A stretch of DNA of 64,000 nucleotides from positions 64,976,001 through 65,040,000 of the forward strand of contig NC_079172.1 in NCBI RefSeq assembly GCF_947568905.1. Reading direction: 5' to 3'. The DNA comes from Ostrea edulis. Its lineage: Eukaryota. Position numbers and translations under genes: made by a program. The notes beneath the pieces were generated by a model. The model saw nothing but the letters and a program-made list of their open reading frames with translations. It was not told where the DNA came from and did not search any database. Each line of letters opens with the position of its first letter. The stretch's first letter is position 1. Below are positions 22,409 to 33,918 of the stretch, one piece after another.

Positions 22409-24043
22409 ATGGACCCTCGCAACCGATCCCAGGACGTCGTACGCTGTGAATTATGTGAAGAGAATGTGGTACAGATGCACTGTGATACGTGTCTTGTCAA
22501 ACTGTGTAAGACCTGTGTAGGAGACCACATCTCATCGGAGGAATGCGAGGATCCCAAAGTCGTTAGATTCCAGTCCAGGAAATCCGTCCCTGTGTATCCA
22601 ATGTGTGCATTACATGATAACAAGCGGTGTGAAATGCACTGCCAGCAGTGCACTGTACCAATCTGTTTCATTTGCGCAACATCTGAGAAACACGCCGGTC
22701 ATCGATTTAAAAACATTGTAGACATTTTTGATGAAAAGAAGAGAGAGTTTGAAAAAAAGATAAAGGATCTCCAAGAAAATATTCGAGTGAAACACGCGGT
22801 TCAAGCTTCGAAAATGGAGAAGCGAATTGCGGATCTAGAAAAGGAATTCACGACACTTCTAGACACTGTGTCTAAACACGGAGAAGAACTGAAGAGAAAA
22901 ATTGATCAAATTGTTATGGAGGTGCAGTCCGAAATTGAGAGTATTCGGAAAAATCACGTGGAGCTGTTGACGGCAACAAGAACAGAAGTCCAGCAGAATT
23001 TGACCGAGATCGACAGGGAAGTGTCCTCATTACAGGAAACACTAGATTCTAACGACATCAATAAAGTCTTCCACTTTACACCAAACAAGAAGATTTACAA
23101 AAATCTATCAGACGATCCTGTGCTGACGATGCCGGTTTTCTCTACAAAGAGGATTGACTTCGTACAACTCCGTGAAATGTTTGGAACACTGTCCAACATT
23201 GTAACCAAGCCCACCGCTATAGCAAAAGTCAGACTGATGGAAACACCGGTAATAGTCCATAGAATAGCGACTGGTTATTCTCAACTTTATGGTGTTGCAT
23301 TTCTAGACAGGATTGGGATATGGGCAACAGGAGATGCCCAACAAATAAAACTATTTGATGTGAATGACAAGTCCATAAAGAAGTCAATCGACACCAAACT
23401 GTCAGGCGATCAACTTATATCATTGACAACTCAAGGCCATCTTCTTTACGCGGAGAGGGATGACAAGACGATTTACATTGTTAAACGTGAACAGAGTGAA
23501 GAATTGATCAGTCTACAAGGCTGGGAAGTTGTTGGTTTCTGTGTCACTTCCGCTGACGATCTGCTGGTCGTCATGACAAGTGATGACAAAAGAGAAACTA
23601 GAGTTGTCCGATATCATGGACGTGTAGAGAAGGAAATTATCCAATTTGAAAGTAAAAGGAAACCTTTCTATTCAGTTGGTCCAAACCAAACGTTGATTTG
23701 CGAGAACAGGAACTTTGATATCTGTGTGGCAGACAGAGATGCGTGCGCAGTGGTGGTCGTGAGTCAAGATACGAAACTCAGGTTCCGGTATAAAGGAAAT
23801 CCACCAAGTTTGCGTTTAAATGAATTCAGACCGAAAGGCATAACCACCGACATCCTGTGTAATATCCTTGTTTCAGATATGTATAATGCTTGTGTCCACG
23901 TTGTTGATCAAAGCGGAAAGTTTCTTACATTTATAGACTGTCCACGTGTGGAGCCCTGGGGACTGTGTGTCGGTTTGGATAACTATCTGTATGTTGCAGA
24001 TACTGCATCTAGTGATGTTATAAAGATTCTGTTTCTTCAATAA
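22409..24043 (+). CDS. TRIM-like protein copy C, 544 aa
   Basis: Intact ORF with the same B-box/coiled-coil/NHL architecture. Confidence 0.92.
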   Translation: MDPRNRSQDVVRCELCEENVVQMHCDTCLVKLCKTCVGDHISSEECEDPKVVRFQSRKSVPVYPMCALHDNKRCEMHCQQCTVPICFICATSEKHAGHRFKNIVDIFDEKKREFEKKIKDLQENIRVKHAVQASKMEKRIADLEKEFTTLLDTVSKHGEELKRKIDQIVMEVQSEIESIRKNHVELLTATRTEVQQNLTEIDREVSSLQETLDSNDINKVFHFTPNKKIYKNLSDDPVLTMPVFSTKRIDFVQLREMFGTLSNIVTKPTAIAKVRLMETPVIVHRIATGYSQLYGVAFLDRIGIWATGDAQQIKLFDVNDKSIKKSIDTKLSGDQLISLTTQGHLLYAERDDKTIYIVKREQSEELISLQGWEVVGFCVTSADDLLVVMTSDDKRETRVVRYHGRVEKEIIQFESKRKPFYSVGPNQTLICENRNFDICVADRDACAVVVVSQDTKLRFRYKGNPPSLRLNEFRPKGITTDILCNILVSDMYNACVHVVDQSGKFLTFIDCPRVEPWGLCVGLDNYLYVADTASSDVIKILFLQ

Positions 24044-24389
24044 GGATTTCATAGACCGAAAAATCAATGCTTGACACAAATGTGGGAGACTAAAAATAAA
24101 AAGATAGGAATGAAAAATAGATGTAAAAACATGTCGTGCATAAAAGTCGTTGTAATAAGGTACTTTCTACAGTTATATGATGAATTCTAAATGCATATTG
24201 TACGTGATTTAATATAATAGAAAATCCGTAATATGACGTAATAAATGTTCGACTTCTCCTGGATGTTTGAAACGTCGATGAAAAATTGTACGTTTTCAAA
24301 TTATTTTCTTGAATGAAGAGAGACTTCAAATTGTTACTATTTTGTTGATTAAAATCGAACTGACCAATTGAGAATTCTTTCTAGTCGAA

Positions 24390-24829
24390 GAAAAATCATA
24401 ATTTATCCCCAAACCTCCTAAATACCCCCATATTTATGTCAAACAACTTGATATATAATCAAAGGGTTACATATGTTCACAAAATACTTTTTTTCCAAAT
24501 GTCAACGACATCTATATTGGATCTGAAAAGTTTCTCCAGTTTTCGGCTATTATTCTTACAAATTTTAGGCTTTTGCCCCAAAATGGGATAAGGTTTTCAT
24601 ACAAACAATCTGATTTATAGTTAAATGGTTACATACTTCCAGAAAATAATTGTTTTCAAAGGTCCACATTATCTATGCTTTTTGCCCCCAAACTCGTAAA
24701 CGCCCCCACGTAGAAATGTCAAACAACCTGATTTATAATCAAGAGACTATGTACTTTCAAAAAATACTTGTTTGCAAAAATCCCTAAGGGGGGGGGGGTC
24801 CCCATTAACTTTACTAGCCCATGGTCTAA
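24390..24829. mobile_element. ~440-bp repeat-bearing insertion replacing ~85 bp of 3' flank
   Basis: Absent after copies 0, A, B, D and F; present after C and E; holds three diverged internal repeats (CCCCAAA...AAACAA..TGAT.TATA...AAAATA); ends CCCATGGTCTAAT. Family unknown. Confidence 0.55.
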
Positions 24830-25653
24830 TAAGTAATCCAACGAAGATTTTCCGCGAAAACGCATTGATATAATTTAAATCATGATATTTCTATATATAT
24901 CATTGTCTGTGCATTTGTTGGGCCAAAGAAAGTGGTGATCACTGACATGAAAAGGTGAAGATAACGAACAGTGATCAATCTTGTAACTTCTATAAAAAAT
25001 ACAAAATTAAGAGTTGGGGAAGCAAGGATATTATTTGGATTCCTTTGCGGATTTGCTAAACAGTTAAACATATTTACGTTAAAGCATATTATATTATTGA
25101 TATTTAATAAGGAAACAAAACATACCTCTAGAATCCAAGACCTAAGTGTGAGGATTGAACGAAATATTCTTTTAATGGGACTGATCCACGATTTCCATCC
25201 CAATTTTCTTTTTTTACTTTTAATGACCAAAATCTACTGTCTAGAGTGTTTAAAAAGTTTCACAAAATTAAGGCTATACATTATCAAAGAGGCTCATTTG
25301 AGAGAGTTTATTATGTATTTTGTAAACAAAGATTGCGAAATGTTATCGCTTACGAGGTTTTCAAAAGAAATGGATATCGATCAAAGTTGATTATATATAT
25401 CACATTTAAGTGCTCTTTAGGTAAATTGTGTGAAAAAGGTAAATTTGTGACTGTGTAAAATTAAGCTGCTTTCAACAAAATTAGCATTTAATTCACTTCT
25501 GATATCGGGTACTCGGAGGGACGAACAGACACCATCTATTATAAATGTCATATATATATATATATTGCGGCGTGGGGATCGAGAAACAAATCTGGAACTT
25601 GAGGTTGCGAAGTGAGCGCCAAACCACTAGGAAGTTGGCACTAACCAAACCAC

Positions 25654-25921
25654 TGACTCAAACCATCCATGAGTAAATTGGACTCGAAGCATCGGTGAGT
25701 TATTGGTACTCAAAGCATCCGTGAGTAAATGAGACTCAAAATATCCGTGAGTAATTGGGACTCAAAACATACATGAGTAAATGGGTCTCAAAGCATACGT
25801 GAATAAATGAAACTCAAATCATCCGTGAGTAAATATTACTAAAAGCATCCTTGAGTAAATGGGATTCAAAACATCTGTGAGTAAAGAGACTCAAAGCATC
25901 CGTGAGTTAATGACACTCAAA
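25654..25921. repeat. 26-bp minisatellite
   Basis: Homologous tandem units. Confidence 0.85.
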
Positions 25922-26010
25922 GAAGGGACTCAAGGTTATCCAACTATGTGCTCATCCAAAAGGATTTTACTAACAAATTTCGTAAAACCGGGGGGGGGGA
26001 GTGCTGGTAT

Positions 26011-26129
26011 TAGTCTCGTTCTCGCACGATTTCTCGATTGGCCTCGATTTGAAATCACAAACTTAAAATATTAACCATACCAGACTCTCGCTCGTGCAAT
26101 CTCGCAAGAGTCTGAGAAGAGCGAGACTA
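26011..26129. mobile_element. 119-bp MITE-like element
   Basis: Homolog of 9259-9377. Confidence 0.45.
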
Positions 26130-26463
26130 GGCTGGTGTTTAAATAATTCTCATAGACCCCCACACTCTCTACTATCAGCTCATACATTCATGTCTTGTCT
26201 GGGAGAGTAACAAACGACAACTCTACATGGAGATAGAGACCTCCGTACCAGAAAAGTCAGTACTTGCGGGACAGCTTATTACATTGATACAAGTAGTCAA
26301 AGTGCATATATTTCAATATATGATGATGATAACAGTGTCCTTTACTTATAAAGACCTAGTTCACATGGTGGTTCTGATCAGATACATATAGTCAGCAGCA
26401 TTATGAAGATACAATAATCAGTATATGAAGTTATGTTACATACATACGCTATCTGCATACATA

Positions 26464-27772
26464 CGAGTACTGTTCGATATGTAATGTGTATTGTACCACA
26501 GCGCGATAACGCTTTGCACGGTTTCGTGGATGATGATACTCTTGAATGGCTCTATTCAATACCTTTCCAGCTGTATAAACACGAGCCTTCAGATCCATAT
26601 AGTTTTAAAGTTATAGTCATTTCAATAGAGCCAGTCGTTGACCACTGTTGTAAAAATGGTTGGAAAACGGGTTGAGAATATTGAAGAAATTAGAGCTTAT
26701 ATAAAAGTTCGCACAAAACTCGGTCACTCGGTAGTGCAGAGTTTTACTGAATACTGGGGGAAGTTTATGGGTCTGATAAGGTATCTTATGAGACAGTTTG
26801 TAAAAACATTCTGACTGGCACATATTCCGTCATAGATGCAGCAAAATCTGGCCGACCTGTGACTGTAACAGGCAGGGCAAATGTCTCAAAAGTCAGGGAA
26901 ATAATTGAAAGTGATGGCAGATACACGATTCGTGATATTGCCAAAACTGTTGGCATATCGCTATCGTGGGTGCATTTCATTTTGAAGCGTATTTTGAAAG
27001 TACGAAAGATTTCTGCCAGATGGATACAACATATATTGACAGATGACCAGAAACGGGTACGAGTACAAACCGCTAAGCAATTGCTCAAAATGTTTTCCAA
27101 ATTCAGTCAAAGACAATTTGCAAACATTGTTACTGGTGACAAAACATGGGTTCACTATTTCGAAGCAGTAAGAAAAATTGGAAACAAAATATGGCTTACT
27201 AAACACGGTAGAAGGCCTGTTGTTGCCATAGAACCATAAGCACAAAGAAGGTTCTTTATTGCATATTCTTCTCATGTGATGGTAAAGCTGTACAAATTCC
27301 GGTATCGAAGGGCAAAAGTGTTACAGGTCGGTATTACTGAGATGTTATACTAAAAAAAGCTGAAGAAATATTATCATAAACAACGCCCTGTGTCAGGATT
27401 TAGGCATGCTTGTCTACTTCATGATAATGCTCCATCACATACATCTGAGCTTGTGAAGCAATTTTTGAAGTCGGAGGTTATCGTCTTGCCACACCCACCA
27501 TACCCTCCAGATCTAGCCCCATGCGACTTTTTCCAAAACTTAAAAAGTTCTTATCTGGTCGTCGTTAAAAGTCCCGAAAAGCCCTTGGCTCAGCCATCAG
27601 TCAGTGACTCAGAGGTCTACCTAAATCAGCGTACCGTGAGGCATTTCAGAAATAGATTCCGAGATTGAAATTATGTATTTTAAACCGCGGAGAATGTAAT
27701 GTTCATTTCACCATTTGAGTCGAATGCTTTTGAGATATAGTACAATACACATTACATATCGAACAGCCCTCG
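26464..27772 (+). mobile_element. Full-length inactive Tc1/mariner element (DD34D type), ~1.31 kb
   Basis: TA on both flanks; ~33-bp TIRs CGAG(TA/GG)CTGTTCGATATGTAATGTGTATTGTAC; frameshifted transposase with HTH region, TGDKTW, HDNAPSH and APCD. Confidence 0.92.
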
Positions 27773-28973
27773 TAAAACTCAAAACAACAATACATGAGCA
27801 TGTGGTTTTTTTTTTTAAATTTCAGGGTAAAAAACTAAAATAAGCAGATTTAAAAGTTTCCAATATTGGGTGTTATGCTTAATTTTTTTGTGGACATATT
27901 ATTACAGAACTGAATCGTAAATTACAAAAATATTCAAAATATTGTGTCTTTGTCCTCTGGATATATAATGAATTACTCTGAATTAATGTTTTTTTGATTT
28001 GAACATATTTTATTGTATAGATATACATATGGATTAGTTACAAGTTCTAGCAACTTATTAAACCTCTCCCGTGGTAGATTTGCTGCTAATTTCGTAATCA
28101 TTCTGAAAAACATCTAAATAATTGGGAGTTAAACCATGTAAACTTTAAAGACAAGAATGATAGTTCTACATACAAAATAGTCGGATGGAGGCAGCCCCAT
28201 AAATTGCTGTATCATTTCTTTCGTAGGTGTAGAAAAATTTCTATTCAAAATCCTTCTAGCAGCTTGTTATTTGTAACGACCGTTCTTGTTTTTCACATTG
28301 CCTCAAACATTACGACAGTAGTAAAATGAAGAAAGACGATTGTGTTAAAAATTTTCAGTAATAATCATTTGACACGAATAAACGTAATCCAGACAGCACA
28401 CCTACGTGTATTTTGCTTGAAAAACATTCTTTTGGGGGGTGTTTGTTCTTATATTGTTTTTTTTGTTTGTTTCTTGATTTGTTTTTTAAAACAATTTTTA
28501 TGCTCCTCCTGTTTATCATCGGCTTGGATGTTAGCGTTGGGGGGGGGGGGGGAGGGGGGGCTTTGACATGGGAGGACACCGGAGTACCCGGGGCGAAAAT
28601 CCACGTGGGCGACTACCATACCCACTCTGGTCAAGGGCTTCAAAATGTGAGCAAGATATCGTAGATTTAGCTTCTTTCACGCCAATACTCGAGGTCCATG
28701 GTAGGGGGTTTGAATTTTAAGATCGAAAAATAACAAGGTGTTATTATTAGTATACAGACGTCATAACTTATTCACAGGAACATCGTCCAGTGGTGTGGTG
28801 ATACATTATTGTTGGATCAAAGGGTCACATCAAATCTGGGACCAAGGTTATCTTAAAATGTTCAGTCTACAGAGAAAAATCTACCGTGTTTTAATGAAAA
28901 CCACATTTTCTTGTCCTCTAGAATGTAAGTTCTATAGAGAAAATATATTACAACATTATGTGTCCTCTAGGGG

Positions 28974-29302
28974 ATTGATTGTTTTACGTCCCGTTGAAAA
29001 ATTTTCACTAATATTGAGACGTCACCAGCTATATGTGAAGTACTACAAATTTAGACCTATGCTTAGCGCTCATAGCTGTAGCAGTGAAGGTTCTGTATCG
29101 TGCCAACACCTGCCGTGATACGGGGCCTCAGGTTTTTAGGTCATATCCGAAAGATCCGTGATTCTCATTTATAAATGTCAAGCGTTTGACGAAGGAGTAA
29201 TAACTACTTGTCTTAACGTCTTATGTTTGACATAGCATGAGGGGGGCTCTAACTCACGACATCCCGGGTGCGAAGCGAACACTTTAATGAGCTACCACGA
29301 CC
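28974..29302 (-). mobile_element. tRNA-derived SINE
   Basis: Homologous position to 13461-13798, diverged A/B boxes. Confidence 0.7.
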
Positions 29303-29330
29303 AGTGCCTGTAGGGGAAATATTGACAATC

Positions 29331-30430
29331 TCAAAAGTGTCATATCCTACACTGCACACAATGTTTCAAGATCATAGATAACATAAATAAAGCTTGTCCA
29401 TGTTTCCCTTACATGACATAGATAACATTAAAGATTGTCCATGTCTCCCCTACATGACATAGATAACATTAAAGATTGTCCATGTCTCCCCTACATGACA
29501 TAGATAACAAACTTTAAAATTGTCAATGTTTACCCTACATGACATAGATGCAAAGTGAAGATAACGAACAGTGATCAATCTCATAATTCCTACAAGCAAT
29601 ACAAAATAGATAGTTACATCACATAGATAACATTAAAGATTGTCCATGTCTCCCCTACATGACATAGATAACATACTTAAAATTGTCAATGTTTCCCCTA
29701 CATGACATAGATAACATTAAAGATTGTAAATGTTTCCCCTACATGACATAAATAACATTAAAGATTGTCAATGTTTCCCCTACATGACATAGATAACATT
29801 AGAAATTGTCAATGTTTCCCCTACATGACATAGACAAGATTAGAAATTGTCCATGTTTCCCCTACATGACATAGATAACATTAAAGATTGTCAATGTTTA
29901 CCCTACATGACATAGATAACATTAAAGATTGTCAATGTTTACCCTACATGACATAGATAACATTAAAGAATGTCATTATTTCCTCTACATGACATAGATA
30001 ACATTAAAGATTGTCAATGTTTCCCCTAAATGACATAGATAACATTAGAGATTGTCAATGTTTCCCCTACATGACATAGATAACATTAAAGATTGTCATT
30101 ATTTCCTCTACATGACATAGATAACATTAAAGATTGTCAATGTTTCCCCTACATGACACATATAACATTAAAGATTGTCAATATTTCCCTTACATGATAT
30201 AGACAACATTAAAGATTGTCAATATTTCCCCTACATGACATAGATAACATTAGAGATTGTCAATATTTCCCCTACATGACATAGATAACATTAAAGATTG
30301 TCAATGTTTCCCCTACATGACATAGATAACATCCTTGAAGATTGTCCTGTGGAGGAAATATTGACAATCTTTAAGTATGTTATCTATACTCTATCAACAT
30401 TGTCTACAGTGCAGGATATGACACTTTTGA
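29331..30430. repeat. 41-bp minisatellite with inverted arms
   Basis: Homolog of 13827-14728, interrupted at 29550-29615. Confidence 0.85.
29550..29615 (-). mobile_element. 66-bp 3'-end fragment of the Penelope-like element inserted in the 41-bp array
   Basis: GCAAAGTGAAGATAACGAACAGTGATCAATCTCATAA...ATAGATAGTT is the reverse complement of the element 3' end; absent from the other arrays. Confidence 0.75.
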
Positions 30431-30775
30431 AACTCTATTCATTTTAAGGAGGAATGCTACACCAGAGGAATCTGATATGGTTTTAAAGTGAATGATATGT
30501 ACAACAATAATTTGAAATTGAAAACGTTCAAATTTACTTTATTTAATCGAAAATTGCAGTTTTAGTAGAAAGCAATCTGAACTTTTTTTCTTAAAAAAAA
30601 ACCAAACGCCTGCTGGACTCGAATCCACGATCTGCAGTTCAGCTGCTGAGTTACTCAGTTAGGAAATGATATTTATTGATTCTATATGCATATTGTTTAA
30701 TGACCCCCTGGAGAATGTTTAACTCATATGGAGGCGCCACCATTACCGGTGAAGGGCTGCAAAATTTAGACTTTT

Positions 30776-31496
30776 GAAATGAATAGACAAGCATTGCTGA
30801 TAGTTAAGCAATGAATAGAAATGAATAGACAAGCATTGCTGATAGTTAAGCAATGAATAGACAAGCATTGCTGATAGTTAAGCAATGAATAGACAAGCAT
30901 TGCTGATAGTTAAGCAATGAATAGACAAGCATTGCTGATAGTTAAGAAATGAATAGACAAGCATTGCTGATAGTTAAGAAATGAATAGACAAGCATTGCT
31001 GATAGTTAAGCAATGAATAGACAAGCATTGCTGATAGTTAAGAAATGAATAGACAAGCATTGCTGATAGTTAAGAAATGAATAGACAAGCATTGCTGATA
31101 GTTAAGAAATGAATAGACAAGCATTGCTGATAGTTAAGAAATGAATAGACAAGCATTGCTGATAGTTAAGAAATGAATAGACAAGCATTGCTGATAGTTA
31201 AGCAATGAATAGACAAGCATTGCTGATAGTTAAGAAATGAATCGACAAGCATTGCTGATAGTTAAGAAATGAATAGACAAGCATTGCTGATAGTTAAGAA
31301 ATGAATAGACAAGCATTGCTGATAGTTAAGAAATGAATAGACAAGCATTGCTGATAGTTAAGAAATGAATCGACAAGCATTGCTGATAGTTAAGAAATGA
31401 ATAGACAAGCATTGCTGATAGTTAAGCAATGAATAGACAAGCATTGCTGATAGTTAAGAAATGAATAGACAAGTATTGCTGATAGTTAAGCAATGA
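30776..31496. repeat. 32-bp VNTR (AATGAATAGACAAGCATTGCTGATAGTTAAG[C/A]), ~22 units
   Basis: Highly homogeneous tandem units read directly. Confidence 0.95.
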
Positions 31497-31506
31497 CTTA
31501 TTATTG

Positions 31507-32772
31507 TTAGCTCTTATTATTTTGAGCTTTTCTGATCACCCGTAATCCGGAGTCCGTCCGTCTGTAAACTTTTAACATTTTTGACTTCTTCTCACAAACC
31601 AGTGGGCCAATTTCAACTAATGTTAGCACAAAGTATTCTTAGGTAAAGGGAATTCTAAATTGTTAAAATAAAGAGCAAGGCACCTTGCAAGGGGAGATAA
31701 TCAAGAAAAGGTAAAAAAAGAGTAGGGTCATTAAAAAATCTTCTTCTCAAGAACCACTGGGCCAGAAAAGATGAAATATATAGATAAGCTTTATTAGGTA
31801 GTGCAGATTCAAGTTTGTTAAAATCATGGCCCCGGGGGTCGGATGCCACAAGGGGGATCAAAGTTTTAGATACAAATATATAGGGAAAATCTTTAAAAAT
31901 CTTCCTCTCAAGAACCACTAAGCCAGAAAAGCTGAGATTTATATGAAAACTTCCTGATATAATGCAAATTCAAGTTTGCTAAAATCATGGCCCCCGGGGG
32001 TAGGATGGGGCCAGAAGGGGGATCAAAGTTTTACATACAAAAATATTGGAAAAATATTTAAAAATCTTCTTCTCAAGAACCACTGATACAGAAAAGATGA
32101 GATTTATATGAAAGCTTTCTGATATAGTGCAAATTCAGGTGTGTTAAAATCATGGTCCCCGGGAGTCGGATGGGGCCACAATAGGGGATCAAAGTTTTAC
32201 ATACAAATATAAAGGGACAATCTTTAAAAATCTTCTCAAGAACCATTGAGCCAGAGAAGCTGATATTTACATGAAGGCTTCCTGATATAGTGCAGATTCA
32301 AGTCTGTTAAAAGCATGGCCTCCGGGGGTCGGATGGGGCCACAATAGGGGATCAAATTTTACAAACAAATATATAGGGACAATCTTTAAAAATCTTCTTC
32401 CCAAGAACCACTGAGATAGAAAAGCTGATATTTACATGAAAGCTTCCTAACATAGTGCAGAGTTAAGTTTGTTCAAATCATGGCCCCTTGGAGTAGGATG
32501 GGGCCACAATTGGGGATCAAAGTTTTACATACAAATATATAGGAAAAATCTTTAAAAATCTTCTTCTCACGAACCATTGGGCCAAAGAAGTTCATATTTA
32601 CATGAAAGCTTTCTGACATTGTGTAGATTCAAGTTTGCAAAAACCATGGCCTCAAGGGGTAGGTTTGGGTCCATAATAGGGACTATGGTTTTACATGCAA
32701 ATATATATGGAAAGTCCTCTGATATGAACCAAGGTGACTCAGGTGAGCGATGTGGCCAATGGGCCTCTTGTT
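31507..32772 (+). mobile_element. Non-autonomous Helentron-associated element (HINE) carrying about six ~165-bp satellite units
   Basis: 5' GAGCTTTTCTGATCAC..GTCCGTCCGTCTGTAAAC, tandem units containing AAGCTT, 3' CTCAGGTGAGCG plus GGCCAATGGGCC hairpin and CTTGTT; sits in a T-run with no TSD; empty site in five paralogous spacers. Confidence 0.8.
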
Positions 32773-33918
32773 TGAAAGATGTAATCTCATAACTGCAACG
32801 GTGTGTGCATACAAATTAAATAACGCGCATTGAGAAAATTAACTAAATTTGTTTGCATACACCGTTGCAGTTATGAGACTACCTCTTAAAAACCATTGCC
32901 TCTATCATAAGATCAACTTCTCTGCCATCGAATGAGGTGCAGTATGTTGTTTGAGACGGGAATGGATAACAAACATTTGTTTTCATTCTGCATGCGTGCA
33001 CCGAGCACAGGAACTGGTGATTTTGTCTGTAGTAATAATAATAGTAGAGGTCTATATCATACCGCCCCCTTAATGAAAGGTAAAGATAACGAAAAGTGAT
33101 CAATCTCATAACTCACATAGACAATACAAAATAGAGAGTTGGGCAAACACGGTTCCCTGAATATACCAGAGGTTGGATCAGGTAGGGTTATAATAATCAT
33201 TTTAGAAGGTGGTATGGTATAGACCCCTACTATTATTAATTACAAAATAACTGGTTCCTGTCGGCTAATTGCAGACGACATGATAGACATTGTTCATATG
33301 CCTTACATATTTACAGTGATTCGATCCTTGCATTTATCAACAAATATCCTTCAAAATTCTCTCATGCATTTTATTTCAGGATTAAAGAATAAATAAAAAT
33401 ATTTATATTTTCATTCATGTTTTAAAAGGAAGTAAGCGATTAGGACGACGTAGAGTACTCTACACCGATCGCTTTCTGATTTAAATCACGGGTCACATGC
33501 CTGGGATGATATGATATCGTTCATTGTCGAGGACGGCAGCCATAGTGATAGTGCAGGTGAGGACTCTTGATCAGTGTATTGGACCTATATAGTATACAAG
33601 GAAATACAACAGGAGGGAATGCTGATGCGCGCTTGTTACGATCTCTGACATAATCCATTGTGTAGAAAACACAACTTCTGAAATTCAGTTCATTTTATAT
33701 TCATTCTACACCAATCGCATTAAGATTTAAAGCACGGATTATCTGCCTTGGATCATATGATATCTTTTGTTGATGTGGACGGCCGCCATTGTGATAAATT
33801 AGGTGAGGACTCTAGATCATCATACTCAAAGAGTGTATAGCAAAGACAACACACGGAAGTAATAATACGTGTTTGTTTCGATCTCTGACGTAATTCATTT
33901 CAGGAATCTAAAGTAAAG

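Noticed and set aside
24971-25390. Recurrent downstream ORFs (also 36042-36545, 45945-46471, 7892-8435) as a second gene
   Set aside because: Frames break differently in each copy, starts are mostly non-ATG, they include antisense retroelement sequence, and no domain is recognisable.
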